Shown: positions 53,550-60,722 of the stretch, piece by piece
Position numbering within the stretch: position 1 is the stretch's first letter
Layout: every line of letters starts with the position of its first letter
NCBI GenBank assembly: GCA_017537175.1
Contig: JAFYLH010000010.1
Location: 15,740-79,739 of the forward strand
Direction: 5' to 3'
Source of the DNA: Clostridia bacterium
Lineage (GTDB): Bacteria > Bacillota > Clostridia > Oscillospirales > CAG-272
Length of the DNA stretch: 64,000 nucleotides
The notes under the pieces: generated by a model
What the model was told of the DNA's origin: nothing
Database searches by the model: none
Seen by the model: the letters and a program-made list of their open reading frames with translations, nothing else
Position numbers and translations under genes: made by a program

Positions 53550-56193
53550 TATTAAAAAGGATATTCCCTATTTATTTGCGGCATTTCTTATACCTCTGCT
53601 CCTTATGGCGGCGATCCACGCCTGTATAGGCGTATGGCCCTTTGGCGAGAGGTCTATACTGGTGCTTGACCTTAACGGTCAGTATGTATATTATTTTGAA
53701 GCTCTCAAGCACAAGGTCCTTGAGGGCGGCAGCCTCTTCTACACCTGGTCAAGAGCCATGGGCGGAGAGTTTATGGGCATTTTTGCCTACTATGTAGCCA
53801 GCCCCTTTGCCCTTATCCCCTGTCTGTTCCCGGATAACTTTATGACAGAGGGTCTTATTACCATGATACTCTTAAAGACAGGTCTTTCGGGTGCGACAAT
53901 GGCATTCTACCTTGACCGTACAGGTAAGGGCGACCGCGTAAAGACGGTAGTTATCTCCACCATGTATGCCCTGTCCTCCTATGCGGTGGTTCAGGCGCAC
54001 AATACTATGTGGATAGATGCTCTTGTATATCTGCCTCTGCTTACCTATGGCCTTGAAAGCCTTATATCAAAGCACCGCTTTAAGATGTTTGTCATCATAC
54101 TGACCCTGACTTTGACGGCAAACTATTACATCGGCTTTATGATATGCATCTATGTGCTTATCTACTCGATATACTACTATATCGCCTACGGCGAAAACAA
54201 CGAAAATAACTTCTACTACGAGGAGCATCATCTCCCCAAATCCATACTGCGTGTAGGCGGTGCATCCCTTATTGCCGGAGCAATGTCCTCCTGGGTGCTT
54301 ATGCCTGCCTACTATTCTCTTACCTTTGGTAAGACCACCTTTACCGATCCCAGCTATTACCCCAGTCTCACCTTTAATCCCCTTGATCTGATATCCAAGT
54401 TCTTTATAGGCTCATACGACACGGTAGAGCCCTCGGGTCTGCCCTTTGTATACTGCGGAACCCTTATGCTGATACTGCTGCCGGTATATTTCTTCTCCAA
54501 GCGCTTCAGCGCCCGTAAGAAGATATCAGCGGGAATACTGCTTACGGTATTTTGTATTTCCTTCTCGGTATCCACAATCGATATCGTATGGCACGGCTTC
54601 CAGCATCCCAACTGGCTCAACTACCGCTACAGCTTTATATTTATATTCCTTGCGCTTATCTTCTCCCACCGCGTGCTTTGCGAGCTTGAAAAGATAAGCT
54701 TCCGCATAGTTACCGTGGTTACCTGTGTGGTGGTGCTTATATCCTTTATCATAAAGAGCATCGGCTTTGAGCATTTTGATACAGAGGCGGTGGTAGGCAC
54801 CTTTGCCTGCTGTGTAGTTCTGCTTCTGACCCTTCACGCAATAAGATACGGCTACCTTGAAAGAGGCGGTGTGCTGATACTCTGCGTTGTTATAATGGTA
54901 GAAATGTTCTGTGGAGGACTGCTTAACACCAACGCTCTTGATGAGGATGTATACATCAGCTCAAGAGCCTCCTATAACGATTTTATGAACCGCTTCAGAC
55001 CTATAGTAGAAAGCGTACAGTCACAGGATGACGGCTTCTACCGTATGGAAAAGACAGTCCACCGTAAGACCAACGACAACTTTACCCTCAATATGAAGGG
55101 TCTGTCAAACTCTACCTCTACACTTAACGAGGCGCAGATAGAGTTCCTTGATCGGATGGGCTATGCCTCCCGCTCCCATTGGTCAAAATATCTTGGCGGA
55201 ACTCCTGTATCCGATTCACTTTTAGGTATCAAATATATCATCTCGGATAAAGAGCTTGACAGCGATTTATTTGAGATAGTAGAGGAGGATGAGGCAAACA
55301 AGCTTACCGCTTACCTCAATCCCTATGCCCTGCCTATAGCATACGGTGTAAGCTCGGGCATTAAGGATGTTAAGTTTGATTCCTTTAAAACTCCCTTTGA
55401 ACGAATGAATACTATGGTTGCCGCAATGACAAGCGCCCCCGAGGCGGTACCCCTCTTTAAGGAGATACCCATAGAGGACACCACTACCGACAATCTTTCC
55501 AATTCCTTTGTGGACAGTCATATCAAGTATACTGTAGATAACACCTCTGACAAGGCGCGGATCACCTTTAAGATCACCGCGGTAAACGATGATGTCATAT
55601 ATATGTACATCCCCACCGACAAGCCTGTGGAGTGCGACCTCACGGTAAACTCCTACTCAAAGGGCACATATTTTGCTAACGAGACCAAGCGTATAGTAGA
55701 GTTAGGCAGCTACAGCAAGGGCACTACCCTCTTTGTTACCCTTACTCTTACCGAAAACTATGTGTATATCCTCAACAACGCCACAAATTACTTCTATTAC
55801 CTTGACAAGGAGCTCTATACCGAGACCATGACCGCTTTGGCGGACAGTCCCCTTAATGTTACAGCGCATTCTGACACCAAAATAAAGGGTAATATAACCG
55901 TATCCCAGGGCGATGATATGCTCTTTACCACCATACCCTATGACGAGGGCTGGCGCGTAAAAATTGACGGCAAAAGAGCCGAGCTTATAAAAACCGCAGA
56001 CTCTATGCTGGCAGTAAGCATAACCCCCGGAGAGCATACAGTTGAAATGATTTATCTGCCCAACCTGTTTGTGCTTGGTATCATAACCAGTGTTGCAGGC
56101 TTCATCGCTTTTGGCATAAGCTGGGGAGTTTATGACAAAAAGCGAAAGAAAAGGGTTCAAAAGTGGCTTATGTCGGTTGACATAAACAGCTGA
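53536..56193 (+). CDS. YfhO-family polytopic membrane protein (putative glycosyl-transfer/glycopolymer modification)
   Basis: 885 aa with roughly 13 TM helices plus a C-terminal ectodomain and a final TM. The N-terminal region is typical of YfhO. It overlaps the DUF951 gene by 14 nt. Confidence 0.75.
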   Translation: MKKLDIKKDIPYLFAAFLIPLLLMAAIHACIGVWPFGERSILVLDLNGQYVYYFEALKHKVLEGGSLFYTWSRAMGGEFMGIFAYYVASPFALIPCLFPDNFMTEGLITMILLKTGLSGATMAFYLDRTGKGDRVKTVVISTMYALSSYAVVQAHNTMWIDALVYLPLLTYGLESLISKHRFKMFVIILTLTLTANYYIGFMICIYVLIYSIYYYIAYGENNENNFYYEEHHLPKSILRVGGASLIAGAMSSWVLMPAYYSLTFGKTTFTDPSYYPSLTFNPLDLISKFFIGSYDTVEPSGLPFVYCGTLMLILLPVYFFSKRFSARKKISAGILLTVFCISFSVSTIDIVWHGFQHPNWLNYRYSFIFIFLALIFSHRVLCELEKISFRIVTVVTCVVVLISFIIKSIGFEHFDTEAVVGTFACCVVLLLTLHAIRYGYLERGGVLILCVVIMVEMFCGGLLNTNALDEDVYISSRASYNDFMNRFRPIVESVQSQDDGFYRMEKTVHRKTNDNFTLNMKGLSNSTSTLNEAQIEFLDRMGYASRSHWSKYLGGTPVSDSLLGIKYIISDKELDSDLFEIVEEDEANKLTAYLNPYALPIAYGVSSGIKDVKFDSFKTPFERMNTMVAAMTSAPEAVPLFKEIPIEDTTTDNLSNSFVDSHIKYTVDNTSDKARITFKITAVNDDVIYMYIPTDKPVECDLTVNSYSKGTYFANETKRIVELGSYSKGTTLFVTLTLTENYVYILNNATNYFYYLDKELYTETMTALADSPLNVTAHSDTKIKGNITVSQGDDMLFTTIPYDEGWRVKIDGKRAELIKTADSMLAVSITPGEHTVEMIYLPNLFVLGIITSVAGFIAFGISWGVYDKKRKKRVQKWLMSVDINS

Positions 56194-56245
56194 TTGGTAT
56201 ATAATATAATTTAACATTAATATTTGTAAAAGGATTTTTTTAAAA

Positions 56246-57682
56246 ATGGCAAACGATAAGAAATTAGTTGAAGAAATAACCTCTATGGATGAGGATTTTG
56301 CCCAGTGGTATACAGATATAGTCAAAAAGGCTGACCTTATAGATTATTCCTCTGTTAAGGGCTGTATGATCATCCGTCCCTACGGCTATGCTATCTGGGA
56401 AAACATCCAGCGCATCATGGATGCCCGCTTTAAGGAAACAGGCCACGAGAATGTATGCATGCCTATGTTCATTCCCGAGAGCCTTTTGAACAAGGAAAAG
56501 GATCATGTTGCGGGCTTTGCTCCCGAGGTTGCCTGGGTAACCCACGGCGGCAGCGAAAAGCTCCAGGAAAGACTCTGTGTAAGACCTACCTCCGAGACCC
56601 TTTTCTGTGAGCATTATGCCAACATCATCAAGTCCTACCGCGACCTGCCCAAGCTCTATAACCAGTGGTGCAGCGTTGTAAGATGGGAAAAGACAACCCG
56701 TCCCTTCCTCCGCAGCCGTGAGTTCCTCTGGCAGGAGGGTCATACCATGCACGCCACCGCAGAAGAGGCAGAGGCAGAAACAGTACAGATGCTCAACATC
56801 TACGCCGACTTCTACGAAAAGGATCTCTGCATCCCCGTGATCAAGGGTCAGAAGACCGACAAAGAGAAGTTTGCAGGTGCAAAGGCTACCTACACCGTTG
56901 AGGCTCTTATGCATGACGGTAAGGCACTGCAGGGCGGTACATCCCATAACTTCGGCTCAGGCTTTGCAGAGGCATTCGGCATTCAGTATCTTGATAAGGA
57001 TAACAAGCTTAAGCCCTGCTATCAGACCTCCTGGGGTGTTTCTACCCGTATGATCGGTGCTATCATTATGGCACACGGCGACAACAACGGTCTGGTGCTT
57101 CCTCCCGCAATCGCTCCCATCCAGGTAATGGTCATCCCCGTGCAGATGCACAAGGAGGGCGTTGTAGAGAAGGCAACCGAGATCCAACAGAGACTCAACA
57201 AGACCTTCAGATGTAAGATAGATGCAAGTGACAAGAGCCCCGGATGGAAGTTCTCTGAATATGAGATGAAGGGTGTTCCCCTCCGTCTTGAGATCGGTCC
57301 CCGTGATATCGAGAGTAACCAGTGCGTGCTTGTACGCCGTGACAACCGTCAGAAGTACTTTGTATCCCTTGACGAGCTTGAAAGCAAGGTTGCAGAGCTC
57401 TTAGACGAGCTGGCACAGGGTCTTTATAACGATGCTCTTGCCCGCCGCGAGGCTATGACCGAGACTCCCGCAGACCTTGATGCATTTATCGAAAGCGCAA
57501 AGGAAAAGCCCGGCTTTAAGAAGGCTATGTGGTGCGGTGACCTTGAGTGCGAAATGAAGCTTAAGGAATTAGCCGATGTCTCCAGCCGCTGTATGCCCTT
57601 TGACGAGGAGCCTGTAGGCGACAGATGTATCGTATGCGGTAAGCCTGCGCATAAGCTGGTTTATTGGGGAAAGGCATATTAA
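56246..57682 (+). CDS. proS: Proline--tRNA ligase (short archaeal/eukaryote-like type)
   Basis: [17 protein letters not shown]...[15 protein letters not shown]-terminus, class II motifs and a C-terminal zinc-binding CxxC...CIVCG; 478 aa. Confidence 0.92.
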   Translation: MANDKKLVEEITSMDEDFAQWYTDIVKKADLIDYSSVKGCMIIRPYGYAIWENIQRIMDARFKETGHENVCMPMFIPESLLNKEKDHVAGFAPEVAWVTHGGSEKLQERLCVRPTSETLFCEHYANIIKSYRDLPKLYNQWCSVVRWEKTTRPFLRSREFLWQEGHTMHATAEEAEAETVQMLNIYADFYEKDLCIPVIKGQKTDKEKFAGAKATYTVEALMHDGKALQGGTSHNFGSGFAEAFGIQYLDKDNKLKPCYQTSWGVSTRMIGAIIMAHGDNNGLVLPPAIAPIQVMVIPVQMHKEGVVEKATEIQQRLNKTFRCKIDASDKSPGWKFSEYEMKGVPLRLEIGPRDIESNQCVLVRRDNRQKYFVSLDELESKVAELLDELAQGLYNDALARREAMTETPADLDAFIESAKEKPGFKKAMWCGDLECEMKLKELADVSSRCMPFDEEPVGDRCIVCGKPAHKLVYWGKAY

Positions 57683-57823
57683 GCAGGCAGTGCCTGCACC
57701 CACAATCGCGTGAAGACAGCATAAATTGCTTTAAATCACACGAGGTTGAGGTTCGGGAAATCCCGTTATAGCGATCCCTTAAAGTAAAAAAATTTTTTTC
57801 ACATAAGTGAAAGGAGATAAAAA

Positions 57824-59650
57824 ATGAAAAAGACAAGAATACTTATTGCTTTGATGCTCTGTGCAGCAGCGCTGTTTGTTCTGGCGTCCTGCGGCGGCGG
57901 TTCTACCAAAGCAACCATCGACCTTACCAAGGTTGATATGTCCCTTGAGGATGCTTGTGCCAAGGTTACCGAGGCAGGCTGTACTCCCGTTGTTGTAAGC
58001 GTTTACGACGAAAAGAACGAGGACGGCGCAGTTCTTTCTATCGGTGCGTTTAGCGCAAGTGACGAAAGCGGCTTTGTTACCGTTATCGTAAACGACCTTT
58101 CCATCAAGGAAACCGTTGAGGCTCAGCCTCTTGCTCCCCGTATGCTGACTAAGGACAGCTATGAGAAGAAGATCTTTTCCAAGATCTCCTCTGACGAGAG
58201 CCTTAAGAAGACCTTTGAATCCTTCTATACCTTAAAGGATGCAGATGCTGCCTCTGAGAGAGAAATTGAGGTAATGAACCGTTCCTACCCTGTTACAAAG
58301 ACTCAGGATATCTATGTTCTTGACACAGGTGTCAGCGCAAAGGAGATCGCTACCATTGCAGGCTACATCGCAGACATGACCGACTACAGCGCAACCGATA
58401 TGTTCAATGACTATGTTGCGGTAGGTATCGTTCCCACTCCCGAAGCAGGTCTTAAGGCTGAGGTTCTTTCCGCTGACAACTGTGAGTTTGAAGAGGTTGA
58501 CGGCGGTATCAAGATCACACTCTACAAGGGTGAGGGTCAGAACATCGTTGTTCCCGCAGAGATCGACGGCAAGGCTGTTGTATCTGTAGCTGACGGTGCT
58601 ATCCCCCAGTCCAATCTCCACGCATTTACCACAGTAAGCGGTCTTAAGTACATCGAGTCAGAGGCTTGCTCCAATGCATACGGTCTTTTGAATGTTACAC
58701 TTTCCGAAACAGTTATGGAGCTGGGTAAGGACGCATTTGAAAATGTTCTCTTTACCGAGACCGACGGCAGCTTTGTTACATTTGCAGATGATATCCTTCT
58801 CTCCTACACAGGCTCTGACGCAGAGGTTACAGTTCCCGACGGCATCAGATTTGTAGGTGCAGAGGCATTCCTCGAAAATGCTGCACTCACCAAGGTTACT
58901 CTTCCCGAGGGTGTTCAGTCCATCGGTACAGCAGCCTTCAAGCTCTGTGAAAATGTAACCGAGTACAATATCCCCTCCACCACTCTTAAGGTTTGTGACG
59001 AGGCATTCTACCGCATCAGACATGTCACCGTTCTTAACATTCCCGATTCTGTTATCGAGATCGGTAACTATGCATTCTATGAGAACAACGACATCGTTGA
59101 GTTCTCCCTGGGTCAGAATGTAAAGAAGATCGGCGACAACGCCTTTGAGTATCTCCACCTTGTAACAGCTCTTGATATTCCCGCATCTGTTGAGTATCTG
59201 GGCAACGGCGCTTTCCTTAAGTGTAAGGAGATCGCAACCGTTACAGGCGGTACAGGTCTTACATTTGTAGGCGCTGATGTGTTTGGCGAGGTTAAGTGGT
59301 TTGTTGATCTTGCAGAGGATTATAACTTCCTTGCAGACAGTATCCTTGTTAAGTGCAACTTAAACGAGCCCGAAATGACCGTTCCCGCAAAAACCAAGTG
59401 TATCTCCGGTGCGTTCAACGGTAAGAAGAAGCTTACCAAGCTGGTTATCAATGACGGCTGTACCACCATCGCAATGAACTCCTTTACCGACTGTGCTAAG
59501 CTTATCGATGTAGTTATCCCCGCATCTGTTACCTACATTGATGCAGGCGCATTTGAAAAGAGCAACAGCATCACATTCCATGTTGAGGCAGGCTCTGTAG
59601 CTGAGCAGTTCTGTAAGGACAATCATTATAAGTACGACAATAATATATAA
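57824..59650 (+). CDS. Surface lipoprotein with BspA-type leucine-rich repeats
   Basis: Signal peptide with lipobox LASCGG. It carries many roughly 23-aa repeats of the IP..V..IG..AF..C..L type. Confidence 0.8.
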   Translation: MKKTRILIALMLCAAALFVLASCGGGSTKATIDLTKVDMSLEDACAKVTEAGCTPVVVSVYDEKNEDGAVLSIGAFSASDESGFVTVIVNDLSIKETVEAQPLAPRMLTKDSYEKKIFSKISSDESLKKTFESFYTLKDADAASEREIEVMNRSYPVTKTQDIYVLDTGVSAKEIATIAGYIADMTDYSATDMFNDYVAVGIVPTPEAGLKAEVLSADNCEFEEVDGGIKITLYKGEGQNIVVPAEIDGKAVVSVADGAIPQSNLHAFTTVSGLKYIESEACSNAYGLLNVTLSETVMELGKDAFENVLFTETDGSFVTFADDILLSYTGSDAEVTVPDGIRFVGAEAFLENAALTKVTLPEGVQSIGTAAFKLCENVTEYNIPSTTLKVCDEAFYRIRHVTVLNIPDSVIEIGNYAFYENNDIVEFSLGQNVKKIGDNAFEYLHLVTALDIPASVEYLGNGAFLKCKEIATVTGGTGLTFVGADVFGEVKWFVDLAEDYNFLADSILVKCNLNEPEMTVPAKTKCISGAFNGKKKLTKLVINDGCTTIAMNSFTDCAKLIDVVIPASVTYIDAGAFEKSNSITFHVEAGSVAEQFCKDNHYKYDNNI

Positions 59651-59651
59651 A

Positions 59652-59680
59652 ATAAACGCCCGCAAGGGCGTTTATTTTAA
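59652..59680 (+). terminator. Terminator of the LRR lipoprotein gene
   Basis: AAACGCCC-gcaa-GGGCGTTT followed by ATTTTA. Confidence 0.8.
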
Positions 59681-59713
59681 TTCTCAATTCTTAATTCTCA
59701 ATTCGCAATTGAA
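59679..59713 (+). repeat. Heptad array (AATTCTC AATTCTT AATTCTC AATTCGC AATTGAA)
   Basis: It starts at the terminator T-run and ends in the GAAGGAA junction to the hairpin at 59718-59739. Confidence 0.9.
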
Positions 59714-59717
59714 GGAA

Positions 59718-59739
59718 GAAAACCGCCAAGGCGGTTTTC
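59718..59739. repeat. GAAAACCGC-caag-GCGGTTTTC hairpin (copy 4 of 5)
   Basis: Perfect 9-bp stem. Confidence 0.9.
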
Positions 59740-59746
59740 AACCACA

Positions 59747-59767
59747 ATTATTCATTATTCATTACAA
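59747..59767 (+). repeat. Short heptad array (ATTATTC ATTATTC ATTACAA)
   Basis: 7-bp periodicity over 3 units. Confidence 0.6.
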
Positions 59768-59802
59768 AAGCATCATAGGGAAAACTCCCTATGATGCTTT
59801 TG
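59766..59802 (-). terminator. Terminator of the 50-aa Cys/Gly-rich gene
   Basis: GCATCATAGGG-aaaact-CCCTATGATGC with A4/T4 flanks. Confidence 0.75.
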
Positions 59803-59804
59803 GT

Positions 59805-59957
59805 TTAGTGGCAGCAGCGGTCGCCTGAATAGGTATTGCCGCAACCGTTATTGTAGCCGCAACCGCAGCCGCTGTTGCAGAGTGCAGAGAGCACGAGAAG
59901 TATGATGATCCATACCCAGATATTTCCGTCTTCAAAAATATTGCAAAGGCAGTTCAT
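59805..59957 (-). CDS. Small (50 aa) membrane-anchored Cys/Gly-rich protein; not in the supplied ORF track because it is under 60 aa
   Basis: My translation is MNCLCNIFEDGNIWVWIIILLVLSALCNSGCGCGYNNGCGNTYSGDRCCH. It has a strong RBS (GGAGGATAAAATA-ATG) and a hairpin+T-run directly after the stop. Confidence 0.6.
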   Translation of the reverse strand: MNCLCNIFEDGNIWVWIIILLVLSALCNSGCGCGYNNGCGNTYSGDRCCH

Positions 59958-60058
59958 TATTTTATCCTCCAAGTTATCGGCAGCCCCTTTCGGGGTGCTC
60001 TGTTATTAGTTTATGGCGGAATGAAGGTTTTGTTACTAAAACTATAGAACACCATATT

Positions 60059-60093
60059 TTAGTTAGGAGTTAGGAGGGAGGAGTTAGGAGTTA
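60059..60093 (-). repeat. Heptad array (TTAGTTA GGAGTTA GGAGGGA GGAGTTA GGAGTTA); reverse complement of the TAACTCC type
   Basis: 7-bp periodicity. It is followed by GAAAACCGC hairpin copy 5 and is the inverted partner of 60236-60291. Confidence 0.9.
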
Positions 60094-60098
60094 TGGTT

Positions 60099-60120
60099 GA
60101 AAACCGCCAAAGCGGTTTTC
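60099..60120. repeat. GAAAACCGC-caaa-GCGGTTTTC hairpin (copy 5 of 5)
   Basis: Perfect 9-bp stem. Confidence 0.9.
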
Positions 60121-60235
60121 TTCTAATTAATCATATAATTAAGAAACAATTAATTATCAAATATTGCATTAATACAACATAACAAAAAAACAAATTATAT
60201 AATTAATCCGAAGCTTTTCGTATAAAACGAAAAGC

Positions 60236-60291
60236 TTCCTTAACTCCTAACTCCTAACTCCTAACTCCTAACTCCTAACTCCTAACTCCTA
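60236..60291 (+). repeat. Longest heptad array: TTCCTTA + (ACTCCTA) x6 perfect + ACTGTAT
   Basis: It follows the hairpin GAAGCTTTTCG-tataaaa-CGAAAAGCTTC (60210-60238) and ends 15 nt before the -35 box of the blaI-like promoter. Confidence 0.95.
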
Positions 60292-60305
60292 ACTGTATTC
60301 CCCTC

Positions 60306-60356
60306 TTGACAAATTCATTCTAATGTGTTAGAATATCTATACTAACAGATTAGAAT
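60306..60356 (+). promoter_or_regulatory. Promoter of the blaI/blaR1-like operon with two dyad operators
   Basis: TTGACA-17 nt-TAGAAT (60306-60334). Dyad 1, ATTCTAA-tgtg-TTAGAAT (60317-60334), overlaps the -10. Dyad 2, TACTAA-caga-TTAGAA (60340-60355), is around +1. Confidence 0.6.
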
Positions 60357-60371
60357 AGCGAGGTGAAGATC

Positions 60372-60722
60372 ATGTCCGTACCAAAAATCTTTGAAAGCGA
60401 ATACCGTTTTTGTCTCATACTCTGGGAAAACGAGCCCATTTCCTCAAGGGCTTTGTCAGAGCTTTGCAACGAAAAATTAGGCTGGTCTAAGACCACTACC
60501 TACACGGTCATAAAGAGGCTGAGTGAACGGGGTGTAATCAAGAACGAAAAGACAATAGTTACCTCCCTTGTATCAAAGGAAGAGGCACAGATATCCGAAA
60601 TTGACGAGCTTATCGAAAAGAAGTTTGAAGGCTCTCTGCCCGCATTTATTGCGGCGTTTACCAAGAGAAAGCAGCTCAATGATAAGGAGATCGAGGAGAT
60701 CAGAAGGCTGATAGGTGAATAA
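60372..60722 (+). CDS. BlaI/MecI/CopY-family winged-helix transcriptional repressor
   Basis: ESEYRFCLILWENEPISSRALSE...WSKTTTYTVIKRLSERGVI is typical of the family. The start is ATG 60372 (after GAGGTGA) or GTG 60363. It is followed immediately by an M56 peptidase gene. Confidence 0.85.
   Translation: MSVPKIFESEYRFCLILWENEPISSRALSELCNEKLGWSKTTTYTVIKRLSERGVIKNEKTIVTSLVSKEEAQISEIDELIEKKFEGSLPAFIAAFTKRKQLNDKEIEEIRRLIGE

Noticed and set aside
56194-56245. T-box or other leader upstream of proS, and similar leaders upstream of argG and the NSS transporter
   Set aside because: The spacers are too short (about 50 nt for proS, about 30 nt of leader for the transporter), and I saw no specifier, T-box or riboswitch-like conserved sequences.
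57683-57823. Possible small RNA between proS and the LRR lipoprotein gene (hairpins GCAGGCA-gtg-CCTGC, CGGGA-aa-TCCCG, TTCAC-ataa-GTGAA)
   Set aside because: These are only short, weak hairpins with no repeat copy elsewhere in the window and no promoter/terminator pair. The evidence is insufficient.
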